A stretch of 64,000 nt of DNA. It comes from Pseudomonadaceae bacterium. GTDB lineage: Bacteria > Pseudomonadota > Gammaproteobacteria > Pseudomonadales > Pseudomonadaceae. Under the pieces are notes generated by a model. The model saw only the letters and a list, made by a program, of their open reading frames with translations. It searched no databases and was not told the origin of the DNA. The position numbers were made by a program, and so were the translations under genes. This document shows, piece after piece, positions 50,105 to 59,991 of this stretch. The first letter of the stretch is position 1. Each line of letters begins with the position of its first letter. The stretch spans positions 1,443,733-1,507,732 of the forward strand of contig OZ260094.1 of assembly GCA_965284505.1 (NCBI GenBank). The letters run 5' to 3'.

Positions 50105-51076
50105 ATGGGTAGAGTCGTTGCGGCCGCGGTGTACAGCGCCGGGAAGAAAGTCACCAATATCACCCTCGATGAAGGCGCCGCCTGGGCGGCGAAACCTGGC
50201 CACTTTGTCTGGATCGGCCTCGAAGAGCCGAACGCCCAGGAGCTGGCCAACCTGCAACGCCAGTTCAACCTGCACGAACTGGCCATCGAAGATGCCCTGG
50301 AAAAGCACAGTCGCCCCAAGCTCGAAACCTTCGGCGACGCGCTGTTCATCGTCACCTACTCACCGGTGCGCGAGAACGGCGTGCTGATCTTCATCGAGAC
50401 CCACATCTTTGCCGGTAACGGCTACATCATCACCTGCCGCAACGGCCACTCGGCCTCCTATGCCCACGTGCGCCAGCGCTGCGAAGCACGGCCGCTGCTG
50501 CTTGAGCATGGTGAAGATTTCGTGCTCTATGCCCTGCTGGATTTCGTGATCGAGAACTATCAGCCGGTGGGCGAAGCGATCCATGCCGAGATCGATGAGC
50601 TGGAGCGCAACGTATTATCCAGCGCCCTCAACGAGCGGGATATCCAGAATCTCCATGGTTTGCGTCGCGATGTGCTGCGCCTGCGCCGCTATGCAGCGCC
50701 CATGGTGGAGATCAGCGAGGAACTGCAGAAACTCAAGTTCCCGTTTATCGACAAGAACATGCGCCCGTACTTCCGTGACGTGCAGATCCATGTCACGCGG
50801 CAGATGGAAGACCTCACCACCCTGCGCGACATCGCCAGCCAGACCATCGAGATCGGTGTCTTGCTGGAGGCCTCGCGCCAGAGCGTGGTGCAACGCAAGT
50901 TCGCCGCCTGGGCGGCGATCCTTGCGTTTCCCACGGCCGTCGCCGGGATCTACGGGATGAACTTCCAGAACATGCCGGAGCTGACGTGGCACTACGGCTA
51001 CTTCGCCGTGCTGGGTTTCATCGCCGTCGGCTGCACCGGCTTGTGGGCCAGTTTCAAGCGCTCAGGCTGGCTATAG
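50105..51076 (+). CDS. corA: CorA-family Mg/Co transporter
   Basis: LHELAIEDAL, RPKLE, PTAVAGIYGMNFQNMPEL (GMN motif). Confidence 0.9.
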   Translation: MGRVVAAAVYSAGKKVTNITLDEGAAWAAKPGHFVWIGLEEPNAQELANLQRQFNLHELAIEDALEKHSRPKLETFGDALFIVTYSPVRENGVLIFIETHIFAGNGYIITCRNGHSASYAHVRQRCEARPLLLEHGEDFVLYALLDFVIENYQPVGEAIHAEIDELERNVLSSALNERDIQNLHGLRRDVLRLRRYAAPMVEISEELQKLKFPFIDKNMRPYFRDVQIHVTRQMEDLTTLRDIASQTIEIGVLLEASRQSVVQRKFAAWAAILAFPTAVAGIYGMNFQNMPELTWHYGYFAVLGFIAVGCTGLWASFKRSGWL

Positions 51077-51085
51077 AGAGCCCCC

Positions 51086-52423
51086 TCAGCTGGCTGCGGC
51101 CAGCATCAATTCCAGCGCCGAATGGCCGTGGCCGCGCAATCTACCGTGCTCGTAAAGCGAGCCGGCAATCTCGTCGGCGCGGATCGGCAACACCGACAAC
51201 AGGGTATCGCTCAGGCCGTGACTGGCCTGGCAGAAGCCCTGCATATAGATGCCGGCCTTGCAACGCTCATCGGTGATCAGCCGGTAGTTGCGATCGACTT
51301 CGAAATCGCCCAGGTAATCCACCAACGGTGCCAGCAACTGGCGGTGCATCTGCCGCTCGTAACCGGTGGCGAGCACCACGGCGTCGTAGTGACGGACCGT
51401 CAACTCGCCGCTGGCGGTGTTGCGCAACGCCAGTTCAACACCCGCGTCCGTGGCCTTGGCCGACTCGACGGTGGTCAGGGTACGGAAAGCGTGGCGCTCG
51501 ATACCGGAGACTTTCTGCCGGTAGAAAATCCCGTAGATGCGTTCGATCAGGTCGACGTCGACCACCGAATAGTTGGTGTTGTGGTACTCGTTGATCAGGC
51601 GTTCACGCTCGCTGTGGGCCTGCTGGAACACCAGGTCGGTGAACTGCGGCGAGAACACTTCGTTGACGAATGGGCTGTCATCTGCCGGCTTGAGCGCCGA
51701 ACCGCGCAGGATCATGTCGACCTGCACCGACGGGAAGCTGTCGTTGAGGTCGATGAAGGCTTCCGCCGCACTCTGCCCGCCGCCAATGATCGCAATGTTC
51801 ATTGGCTGGCCATTCACGCACGGCTGCTGGGCCATGCGCTCCAGGTAGTGCGAATGATGGAACACCCGCGCGTCGCCCTTGAGCGCCTTGAACGCGTCGG
51901 GGATACGCGGCGTACCACCGGCGCTGACCACCACCGAGCGGGTGGTGCGCAGCCGTTCCTGGCCCTGGCGGTCACGGGAAATCACCCGCAGTGCTTCGAC
52001 CTGCTGGTCGTGCAGCACCGGCTCGATGGCCAGCACTTCTTCGCCGTAGCGGCTTTGTTCGGTGAACTGGCCGGCCACCCAACGCAGGTAGTCGTTGTAC
52101 TCCATGCGGCACGGGTAAAAGGTGCCGAGGTTGATGAAGTCCACCAGGCGCCCGTGGGCCTTGAGGTAATTGACGAAGGAGTAAGGACTGGTGGGGTTGC
52201 GCAACGTCACCAGGTCCTTGAGAAAGGAAATCTGCAACTCGCTCTGGGTCACCAGGGTATTGCCGTGCCAGCGGTAGTCGGCCTGTTTTTCGAGAAACAC
52301 CACGTCCAGCTCGCCGAGGGCTTGCCCGCGCTCTTGCAGGGCGATGGCCAGCGCCAGGTTGGACGGACCAAAACCGACGCCGATCAGGTCGTGAACGATG
52401 GGCGATGCAATTGCCTTTGTCAT
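51086..52423 (-). CDS. pvdA: L-ornithine N5-monooxygenase (pyoverdine)
   Basis: DLIGVGFGPSNLALA, ELQISFLKDLV, IGGGQSAAE, LATGY, HGLSDTLLS. Confidence 0.96.
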   Translation of the reverse strand: MTKAIASPIVHDLIGVGFGPSNLALAIALQERGQALGELDVVFLEKQADYRWHGNTLVTQSELQISFLKDLVTLRNPTSPYSFVNYLKAHGRLVDFINLGTFYPCRMEYNDYLRWVAGQFTEQSRYGEEVLAIEPVLHDQQVEALRVISRDRQGQERLRTTRSVVVSAGGTPRIPDAFKALKGDARVFHHSHYLERMAQQPCVNGQPMNIAIIGGGQSAAEAFIDLNDSFPSVQVDMILRGSALKPADDSPFVNEVFSPQFTDLVFQQAHSERERLINEYHNTNYSVVDVDLIERIYGIFYRQKVSGIERHAFRTLTTVESAKATDAGVELALRNTASGELTVRHYDAVVLATGYERQMHRQLLAPLVDYLGDFEVDRNYRLITDERCKAGIYMQGFCQASHGLSDTLLSVLPIRADEIAGSLYEHGRLRGHGHSALELMLAAAS

Positions 52424-52523
52424 TTCCAGTGTCCTCTGGATAACCCCCGCAGCGGCGGGGAAATTCAAGCCGCGGTGACCTGGCCGGCCTGGGGACAGGT
52501 CAGCAGATCGTCTGTTGAGAGGA

Positions 52524-52547
52524 ACGAGGACAGGGAGAGGAAATTTA
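52524..52547 (-). promoter_or_regulatory. PvdS iron-starvation box for pvdA
   Basis: Minus strand TAAAT-N16-CGT, exact spacing. Confidence 0.9.
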
Positions 52548-52558
52548 CCGGCAACCGC

Positions 52559-53038
52559 TCAAAGAGCGTCCCACTGGCGCACGCGCACACGGCAATGTTT
52601 CATCGCGTTGACGATGTGTTTCTCCACCAGGCTGCGGGAAATACCCAGGCGCTCGGCGATCTCTGGATGGGACATGCCGTCGAGCTTGCGCAGCAGAAAA
52701 CTCTCGCGGCACAGCGCCGGCAGCTCATCCAGCGCACGCTGCAGCAGGTCGAGGCGCTGGCCGTAGTCAAAGCTGCTTTGCGGCGATGGCGTCTCGAAGC
52801 GCTCTTCGCTGTCGAGCACATCCAGCGGTTCGACCTGGCGCGCGACGTTGCGCCGATGACCATCGATCACCAGGTTCAGCGCGGTGCGATAAAGAAAGGC
52901 TCGGGGTTGTTCGATCGGCGTATCGCTGGCGCGCTCCAGCACCCGCACATAGGCGTCGTGCACCACATCTTCGGCCACCTGACGGTTGCCCAGCTTGGCG
53001 TTGATAAAACACACCAGCTCGCGATAGTAGTTTTCCAA
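52559..53038 (-). CDS. fpvI: FecI-type ECF sigma factor FpvI
   Basis: AEDVVHDAYVRV, AFLYRTALNL, LSR/ISRSLVEKHIVNAM; lies between pvdA and pvdR. Confidence 0.88.
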   Translation of the reverse strand: MENYYRELVCFINAKLGNRQVAEDVVHDAYVRVLERASDTPIEQPRAFLYRTALNLVIDGHRRNVARQVEPLDVLDSEERFETPSPQSSFDYGQRLDLLQRALDELPALCRESFLLRKLDGMSHPEIAERLGISRSLVEKHIVNAMKHCRVRVRQWDAL

Positions 53039-53139
53039 CCTGACTCCCGACCGCCTGAATGAACGGTTTCAATCCCTGAATCCGAGCCCTGCTCGCGAAA
53101 AAAGGTAAAGGCACGATGATGGCAACTTGCAGCTGTGTA

Positions 53140-53158
53140 ATTTATAGTAATTCTCATA
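53140..53158. promoter_or_regulatory. Putative Fur box upstream of fpvI
   Basis: Reverse complement TATGAGAATTACTATAAAT matches AATGATAATCATTATCATT at 13/19 positions by manual alignment. Confidence 0.6.
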
Positions 53159-53231
53159 TAGATTTAAAGTAGTGCTTCTCTCGCACCGTAAATAAAGCCC
53201 GATCGCAGGTGTAACCCTTTGTGTCGGCGCT

Positions 53232-53255
53232 TAAATTTGCGTGTTTTTTCATCGT
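53232..53255 (+). promoter_or_regulatory. PvdS box for pvdRT-opmQ
   Basis: TAAAT-N16-CGT. Confidence 0.88.
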
Positions 53256-53363
53256 ATTAAGGACAGTTCCCCGTGGCTGCCAGTCAACTGGCAGCGCTCG
53301 GCTGTGGCAGGAGTTTCTCCGCCGGCTGGGCAACGGGTCGATTTCCATTGACCGGAACTCTGC

Positions 53364-54536
53364 ATGAAACACCCCCGAAAGACCCGTCGCGCCTTGCTGG
53401 TTGCCCTGTGCCTGATCCCCGCGATCGCCTTTGCCGCCTGGCAGATCATCCCACCCGGACGCGATAAATTCGCCACGGTGCAGGTCGGCCGGGGCGATAT
53501 CGAAAGCAGCGTCACCGCCCTCGGCACCCTGCAACCGCGACGCTATGTCGACGTCGGTGCCCAGGCGTCGGGGCAGATCCGCAAGATCCATGTCGAAGTC
53601 GGGGATCGGGTCAAGGAAGGTCAACTGCTGGTGGAGATCGATCCCTCGACCCAGAACGCCAAGCTCGATGCCGGGCGGTTTTCCATCGACAACCTCAAGG
53701 CGCAGTTGCTGGAACAGCGGGCACAGAACGAGCTGGCGCGACAGAAATACCAGCGCCAGCAAAACCTCGCCGCCGGCGGCGCCACCCGCGAAGAAGACGT
53801 ACAGACCGCCCACGCCGAACTGCGCGCGACCGAGGCGCGGATCCAGATGTTCCAGGCGCAGATTCGCCAGGCCGAAGCCAGCCTGCGCAGCGACCAGGCC
53901 GAGCTGGGTTACACGCGCATCTACGCGCCGATGTCCGGCACCGTGGTCGCGCTCGACGCCCGCGCCGGCCAGACCCTCAACGCCCAGCAGCAGACGCCGC
54001 TGATCCTGCGCATTGCCAAACTGTCGCCGATGACCGTCTGGGCGGAAGTCTCGGAAGCCGATATCGGCCACGTCAAACCCGGCATGCAGGCCTACTTCAC
54101 CACCCTCGCCGGCGGTACGCGACGCTGGCAAAGCACGGTAAGACAGATCCTCCCAGTCCCGCCCAAGCCCCTGGACCAAAGTGCCCAAGGCAGCGGCAGC
54201 CCGTCCAGCAGCAGTAAAAGCGGCAGCGGCCGAGTGGTGCTGTACACCGTGCTGCTCGACGTCGACAACGCCGACAACGCGCTGATGGCGGAAATGACCA
54301 CCCAGGTATTTTTCGTCAACGGCGAGGCGAAAAACGTCCTCACCGCACCGGTGTCCGCCCTGCAGAACGGCACACAGGCCGGCACCCAGCGCGCGCGGGT
54401 GGTGGCGAAAAACGGCGACATTCAACCGCGAGAAGTACGCACCGGCATCAGCGACCGCTTGCAGGTACAGATCCTCGAGGGCTTGAACGAGGGCGACCAC
54501 CTGTTGATCGGTCCACTCGACGGTCACGAGGGTTGA
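53364..54536 (+). CDS. pvdR: MacA-like periplasmic adaptor of the pyoverdine efflux pump
   Basis: VDVGAQASGQI, IYAPMSGTVV, AEVSEADIG. Confidence 0.9.
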   Translation: MKHPRKTRRALLVALCLIPAIAFAAWQIIPPGRDKFATVQVGRGDIESSVTALGTLQPRRYVDVGAQASGQIRKIHVEVGDRVKEGQLLVEIDPSTQNAKLDAGRFSIDNLKAQLLEQRAQNELARQKYQRQQNLAAGGATREEDVQTAHAELRATEARIQMFQAQIRQAEASLRSDQAELGYTRIYAPMSGTVVALDARAGQTLNAQQQTPLILRIAKLSPMTVWAEVSEADIGHVKPGMQAYFTTLAGGTRRWQSTVRQILPVPPKPLDQSAQGSGSPSSSSKSGSGRVVLYTVLLDVDNADNALMAEMTTQVFFVNGEAKNVLTAPVSALQNGTQAGTQRARVVAKNGDIQPREVRTGISDRLQVQILEGLNEGDHLLIGPLDGHEG

Positions 54537-56510
54537 ATGCACACGCCGCTGATCGACCTCAAAGACCTGCGTAAATCCTACGGCGGCGGTGACGCCCCAG
54601 AAGTTCATGTACTGCGTGGCATCGACCTGGCGATTCACGCCGGCGAGTTCGTGGCGATCGTCGGCGCCTCCGGTTCCGGCAAGTCGACGCTGATGAACAT
54701 CCTCGGTTGCCTCGATCGCCCGACCTCTGGCGAGTACCGCTTTGCCGGGGAAAACGTCGCCCACCTGGACAGCGATGAACTGGCCTGGCTGCGCCGCGAA
54801 GCGTTCGGCTTCGTGTTCCAGGGCTACCACCTGATTCCTTCCGGCTCGGCCCAGGAAAACGTCGAGATGCCGGCCATCTACGCCGGCACCCCGGCCGCCG
54901 AACGCCATGCCCGCGCCGCCGCCCTGCTCGCCCGCCTGGGCCTGGCCGAGCGCACCGGCAACCGCCCGCATCAACTCTCCGGCGGCCAGCAGCAGCGGGT
55001 GTCGATTGCCCGCGCGCTGATGAACGGCGGGCACATCATTCTGGCCGACGAACCCACCGGCGCCCTCGACAGTCACAGCGGCGCCGAGGTCATGGCCCTG
55101 CTCGACGAGCTGGCGAGCCAGGGCCACGTGGTGATTCTCATCACCCACGACCGTGAAGTCGCCGCCCGGGCCAAGCGCGTGATCGAGATTCGCGACGGCC
55201 TGATCATCAGCGACAGCGCCCTCGACAACCCCGACGCGCAACACTCGGCCAATCCCGGCGCCTTGCAGGCCGTCGATTTGCGCAAGCGCCTGAGTGAAGG
55301 CAGCGAAGCCACCGGCGCCTGGAAAGGTGAGCTGGTGGATGCGTTGCACGCGGCCTGGCGGGTGATGTGGATCAACCGCTTCCGCACTGCCCTGACCCTG
55401 CTCGGGATCATCATCGGCGTGGCCTCGGTGGTGGTGATGCTGGCCGTGGGCGAAGGCAGCAAGCGCCAGGTCATGGCGCAAATGGGCGCCTTCGGCTCGA
55501 ACATCATTTACCTCAGCGGCTCGGCGCCCAATCCGCGTACGCCACCGGGGATCGTCAGCTTGAGCGACGTCGCCGCCCTCGCGCGCCTGCCGCAGGTCAA
55601 GCGGATCATGCCGGTCAACGGCTCGGAAGCCGGGGTGCGTTTCGGCAACGCCGACCACCTGAGTTACGTCGGCGGCAATGACACCAACTTCCCGGAGATC
55701 TTCAACTGGCCGGTGGTCGAAGGCAGCTACTTCACCGACGCCGACGAGCGCAATGCCGCCGCCGTGGCAGTAATCGGCAAGAAGGTCCGCGACAAGCTGT
55801 TCAAGGACATGGCCAGCCCTATCGGCCAGTACATCCTGATCGAAAACGTGCCATTCCAGGTAGTCGGCGTGCTAGCCGAAAAAGGCGCCAGCTCCGGTGA
55901 CTCCGACAGCGACGACCGCATCGCCATCCCCTACTCCGCCGCCAGCGTACGGCTGTTCGGCAAGTACGAGCCGGAGTACATCGCTATCGCCGCAGCCGAC
56001 GCGCGCAAGGTCAAGGAGGCCGAGCAGGCCATCGACCAGTTGATGCTCAAGCTGCACAACGGCAAGAAGGATTACGAACTGACCAACAACGCGGCGATGA
56101 TCCAGGCCGAGGCGCGCACGCAAAATACCCTGTCGCTGATGCTCGGCTCGATTGCCGCGATCTCGCTGCTGGTGGGCGGCATCGGGGTGATGAACATCAT
56201 GCTCATGACCGTGCGCGAGCGGACCCGCGAGATCGGTATCCGCATGGCCACCGGTGCGCGCCAGCGCGACATCCTGCGCCAGTTCCTGACGGAAGCGGTG
56301 ATGCTCTCGGTGGTCGGCGGCATCGCCGGGATTGCCCTGGCCCTGCTGGTCGGCGGCGTGCTGATCCTCAGTGAAGTGGCGGTGGCGTTTTCCCTGTTCG
56401 CGGTCCTCGGCGCCTTCGCCTGCGCCCTGGTCACCGGCGTTGTCTTCGGCTTCATGCCGGCCCGCAAAGCTGCCCGGCTTGACCCGGTCACGGCCCTTAC
56501 CAGTGAATGA
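54537..56510 (+). CDS. pvdT: MacB-like ABC ATPase/permease
   Basis: [43 protein letters not shown]. Confidence 0.92.
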   Translation: MHTPLIDLKDLRKSYGGGDAPEVHVLRGIDLAIHAGEFVAIVGASGSGKSTLMNILGCLDRPTSGEYRFAGENVAHLDSDELAWLRREAFGFVFQGYHLIPSGSAQENVEMPAIYAGTPAAERHARAAALLARLGLAERTGNRPHQLSGGQQQRVSIARALMNGGHIILADEPTGALDSHSGAEVMALLDELASQGHVVILITHDREVAARAKRVIEIRDGLIISDSALDNPDAQHSANPGALQAVDLRKRLSEGSEATGAWKGELVDALHAAWRVMWINRFRTALTLLGIIIGVASVVVMLAVGEGSKRQVMAQMGAFGSNIIYLSGSAPNPRTPPGIVSLSDVAALARLPQVKRIMPVNGSEAGVRFGNADHLSYVGGNDTNFPEIFNWPVVEGSYFTDADERNAAAVAVIGKKVRDKLFKDMASPIGQYILIENVPFQVVGVLAEKGASSGDSDSDDRIAIPYSAASVRLFGKYEPEYIAIAAADARKVKEAEQAIDQLMLKLHNGKKDYELTNNAAMIQAEARTQNTLSLMLGSIAAISLLVGGIGVMNIMLMTVRERTREIGIRMATGARQRDILRQFLTEAVMLSVVGGIAGIALALLVGGVLILSEVAVAFSLFAVLGAFACALVTGVVFGFMPARKAARLDPVTALTSE

Positions 56511-56517
56511 TCGAGCT

Positions 56518-57903
56518 ATGAAGTCGCCCTTGAGCCTGTTGTCTGTGTGCGTGCTACTGAGTGCATGCGCCTCCCCCACCGAGCCGTTGGACAGCGGAAT
56601 CGTCGCGCCGTCGACCTGGCAATCACCCAACACCCGCGCTGCCGCCGAGCATCGCCAGCAATGGTGGACGACCTTCGGCAGCGCCGAACTCGACCGCCTG
56701 ATCGCCCAGGCGCAACTCGGCAGCCATGACCTCGCCGCAGCCGTGGCGCGCGTGCGTCAGGCCCAGGCCAGTGCGGTGGTCGCCGGCGGCCCGCTGCTGC
56801 CCCAGGTGCAGGCCGGGTTCAACGCCAGCCGCGAGAAACTGCTGCGCGGCAATGGCTACAGCCAACTGGATGCCGACAGCAGCAACAAGGCAGTGGATTA
56901 CTTTGATACCAGCCTCAGTGCCAGCTATGAGGTCGACTTCTGGGGTGGCCGCCACGCCGCTCGCGACAGCGCCTTGCAAGGGGTGCGCGCCAGCGAGTTC
57001 GACCAGGCCACCGTCGAGCTGACCCTGCTCAGCGGCGTCGCCAACAGCTACACCCAGAGCCTGGCGCTGATCGAGCAAAGCCGCATCGCCGAGCTGAACC
57101 TGAGCAACGCGCAGAGTGTGCTGAAACTGGTGCAGACCCGTTACGACTCGGGTTCGGCCACCGCCCTGGAACTGGCCCAGCAGAAAAGCCTGGTAGCCGC
57201 CCAGCAACGGCAACTGCCGCTGGTGCGTCAGCAGGCTGACGAGGCGCGGATCACTCTCGCCGCCCTGCTCGGCCAGCCGGTGCAGGCGTTGCCGCGCAGC
57301 AGTGAGCGCTTCGACCAGTTGCTCTGGCCGGCTATCGCCGCCGGCGTCCCCAGCGACCTGCTACGCCGCCGCCCCGACATCGCCCGCGCCGAAGCGCAAC
57401 TGGCCGCCGCCCAGGCTGACGTCACTGTGGCCCGAGCCGCGATGCTGCCGACCCTGACCTTGACCGCCAACATCGGCTCCGGCGCCGACACCTTCGGCGA
57501 CCTGTTGCGCAGCCCGTTCTACAACCTCACCGCCGGCCTGGTGGCACCGATCTTCAACAACGGCAGCCTCAGCGCCGAACGCGACCGCGCCACCGCGCGC
57601 CAGCAGGAGCTGCTGGAAAACTATCGCGGGGCGATCATCAACGCTTTCGCCGACGTCGAAAAAGCCCTGACCACAATCCACGGCCTGGACCAGCAACGCC
57701 AATGGCAAGCCGAGGAACTGGGCCACGCGCAGACCGCCTTCGACATCGCCCAGAGCCGCTACCAGGCCGGCGCCGAAGACCTGCTGACGGTGCTGGAAAC
57801 CCAACGCACCCTGTACGCCGCCCAGGACCTCAATGTGCAATTGCGCCTGGCGCGGGTGCAGGCCAGTGTCGGGTTGTACAAGGCGTTGGGGGGTGGGTGG
57901 TAG
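56518..57903 (+). CDS. opmQ: Outer-membrane efflux lipoprotein OpmQ
   Basis: Lipobox LSAC, SYEVDFWG, LLRRRPDI, LYKALGGGW. Confidence 0.92.
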   Translation: MKSPLSLLSVCVLLSACASPTEPLDSGIVAPSTWQSPNTRAAAEHRQQWWTTFGSAELDRLIAQAQLGSHDLAAAVARVRQAQASAVVAGGPLLPQVQAGFNASREKLLRGNGYSQLDADSSNKAVDYFDTSLSASYEVDFWGGRHAARDSALQGVRASEFDQATVELTLLSGVANSYTQSLALIEQSRIAELNLSNAQSVLKLVQTRYDSGSATALELAQQKSLVAAQQRQLPLVRQQADEARITLAALLGQPVQALPRSSERFDQLLWPAIAAGVPSDLLRRRPDIARAEAQLAAAQADVTVARAAMLPTLTLTANIGSGADTFGDLLRSPFYNLTAGLVAPIFNNGSLSAERDRATARQQELLENYRGAIINAFADVEKALTTIHGLDQQRQWQAEELGHAQTAFDIAQSRYQAGAEDLLTVLETQRTLYAAQDLNVQLRLARVQASVGLYKALGGGW

Positions 57904-57929
57904 GGATGGTTTTCAGTGTGAGATCGCTA

Positions 57930-57993
57930 TCGCGTGCACGCCCGCTCCCACAGATTCACCCCGCCCTCCTGTGGGAGCGGGCTTGCCCGCGAT
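57930..57993. repeat. REP pair in reversed orientation; left arm mutated
   Basis: TCGCGTGCACGCCCGCTCCCACAG ... CTGTGGGAGCGGGCTTGCCCGCGA. Confidence 0.85.
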
Positions 57994-58023
57994 GAGGCTT
58001 CTCCAGTCACAGAAGAAGTCCGA

Positions 58024-59646
58024 TCACCCCCCCTCCCCCTTCACCCGCAAATGCCGCGCATACCACGGTCGTTTCGGCACCTTGCGCAACAACGCCTCCA
58101 GCACCTGCTGATCCTCGCCAAAGGTAATGCGCAGCGCCAGTTTCATGGTTTCCGGGTCCATCTCCACCGACTTGCCCGGCTGCAACCCCGGGGTCGTGCT
58201 GCAGCCGTGGGTGGTCGGGCCGAGCCAGGGGTCGTCGATTTCCACCCAGCGCCCCGGAGCGAACCAGGGCACGCCGTTGACCTCAAGACGCCGCACCTGG
58301 CCCGGATGAAAGCGCTCGTGGGCGCGAAACCAGTCTTCCAGGCGGTCATCGATCCAGCCGTGGAAGTGCCAGAACACCGGGTTCACATGGGATGAGAACG
58401 GATCGCCGAGAAAGTCGTTTTCCGCGGCAAACCAGCGCGGTGCGAAGTCGGCGGTGTCGCGGGCGAACGGCACCGGCTGACCGTTGGACGGATCGCGCGG
58501 CACCGAGGCCCAGCGCATGTGCAGCCAGTCGTGCAGGCCCAGCTCGACTTCGGAACCGAACTGGCCGAGGGTCAGTTTCGCCAGGTAACGCGGGTCACGG
58601 TACTGCGATTCCCAAACCTGGAAATTGCTCTGGTAAGTCTCCTCGGTCTTGATGTCACTGACCCATTGCGCATACACCTCATCGCCCTCGGCCAGCCAGG
58701 TCGGCGGCAGCGCGGTGCCGTCGTGGTTGTCGAAGTAGCGGGCAAAGCCCTGGCGATCACGTTCGAGCGCCGGTTGCGGCAAGGGGAAGAATGGCCAGGA
58801 CGGCAGGTCCTGCATCGAACGTGCGGTGCCGAGCATGTGCCGGTGCATGAAGAAAAAGTCGATGCCCGAGCCGTTGCGATCCTTGCGCGGGCCACGGGCG
58901 TCGCGCTCCTTGTCCCGCGGGCCGGGCTGCCAGCCAAGGCCACGCAGGGCGCTGTGCTGCGCCGCGCTCAAGGTGTGCCATTTATCCCGGGTGGCGTGCC
59001 ACAGCTGGTGGAACAACCGGTGTTCGGCGGACACCAGCCAGGCCAGCAACGACGGGTTGAGCGCCACGCGCTCGCGGGCTTCGGGGAAGCGCCGCTTGAT
59101 CGCCACGCAGCGATTGTCCTGCGCCGGCAACGCCAACGGGCGATCGAGGCGCAACACCTGGCCGCTGAGACTGCCGCTGCCGGCGTTGCCGAAATCGGCC
59201 CAGACTTCATCCAGGCGCATGCGCCATTCGTACTCGACCCTGGCGGTGCGGGTATCCAGCAGACGCCAGCTCAAGTCCGCGCCGGTTACACCCGCAAGGT
59301 CGCCGAGTAGGCGATAGCGCGGCAGTTCATCGGCCTGCAAGCGCTCGGGGGTGTCGAGAAAACCGCAGAGTCCACGGCCCTTGTGGCCAATGTCGAGGAA
59401 CATCGCCAGGCCGTCCCGAGGCAGCCCCTCGACGCCACCGTCGCGACCTTCGAAGCGCACATCCCAGACTCCGCGCAAGCTGTCCGCCAAGCGCTGGACG
59501 GCGCCATCGGCAACGTCGAACGACGCTTCGCCAGGGGTGATGCTCGGGTCAGGCTTGCTCAGTTCGCGATGCCCATACAGCACCGCCGGCACCGCAGCGC
59601 CGGTGAGTGCCAGGCCGGCCATGAACCATCGTCGGGAAATCGTCAT
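58024..59646 (-). CDS. pvdP: PvdP tyrosinase-like pyoverdine chromophore maturation enzyme (Tat-exported)
   Basis: MTISRRWF twin-arginine signal; HQLWH, MHRHM, HDWLH, FWHFHGWID copper-binding His motifs. Confidence 0.93.
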   Translation of the reverse strand: MTISRRWFMAGLALTGAAVPAVLYGHRELSKPDPSITPGEASFDVADGAVQRLADSLRGVWDVRFEGRDGGVEGLPRDGLAMFLDIGHKGRGLCGFLDTPERLQADELPRYRLLGDLAGVTGADLSWRLLDTRTARVEYEWRMRLDEVWADFGNAGSGSLSGQVLRLDRPLALPAQDNRCVAIKRRFPEARERVALNPSLLAWLVSAEHRLFHQLWHATRDKWHTLSAAQHSALRGLGWQPGPRDKERDARGPRKDRNGSGIDFFFMHRHMLGTARSMQDLPSWPFFPLPQPALERDRQGFARYFDNHDGTALPPTWLAEGDEVYAQWVSDIKTEETYQSNFQVWESQYRDPRYLAKLTLGQFGSEVELGLHDWLHMRWASVPRDPSNGQPVPFARDTADFAPRWFAAENDFLGDPFSSHVNPVFWHFHGWIDDRLEDWFRAHERFHPGQVRRLEVNGVPWFAPGRWVEIDDPWLGPTTHGCSTTPGLQPGKSVEMDPETMKLALRITFGEDQQVLEALLRKVPKRPWYARHLRVKGEGG

Positions 59647-59691
59647 TGCACTACCTGTGTCGGGCCTGAAGCAGGCTTTATCCAAGCTAGG

Positions 59692-59715
59692 ACGAGTGTT
59701 GGCCGGGGAAATTTA
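59692..59715 (-). promoter_or_regulatory. PvdS box for pvdP
   Basis: Minus strand TAAAT-N16-CGT. Confidence 0.88.
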
Positions 59716-59730
59716 TCGCTCGGATAAAAC

Positions 59731-59885
59731 TTCGCGAGCAGGGGTTTTCGTGTTGACCACCAATCCTGTAGACGATGCAGAACCCTGTAGGAGCGAGCCT
59801 GCTCGCGAAGACCGCAAGAACGCCGCGTTGAATCGGGAGGATCGCGTCCGCGTTGGCGGTTTTTCGCTGGCAAGCCAGCTCCTAC
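59731..59885. repeat. Hybrid REPIN plus partial REP between the divergent pvdP and pvdM promoters
   Basis: CTGTAGGAGCGAGCCTGCTCGCGAA (59785) paired with TTCGCTGGCAAGCCAGCTCCTAC; fragment TTCGCGAGCAGG at 59731. Confidence 0.85.
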
Positions 59886-59914
59886 GAAGGTTGTGGATTC
59901 CCCAGGATCCCGGC

Positions 59915-59938
59915 TAATTTTTTCTCTGCCCAGCTCGT
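59915..59938 (+). promoter_or_regulatory. Variant PvdS box for pvdMNO
   Basis: TAATT-N16-CGT, one mismatch from consensus. Confidence 0.72.
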
Positions 59939-59991
59939 TCTTCCCAGATAGCAATGGCTGCTCCCTGACGGCGAACCTGACTGAGATGGCA

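Noticed and set aside
52559-53038. fpvI lacking an adjacent fpvR, and no pvdQ beside pvdA
   Set aside because: A split pyoverdine locus is usual in fluorescent pseudomonads and the window is partial.
51122-53062. 646-aa ORF opposite pvdA and fpvI
   Set aside because: Shadow ORF with no recognisable domain.
53154-55658. 834-aa ORF opposite pvdRT
   Set aside because: Shadow ORF; conflicts with PvdS-driven plus-strand genes.
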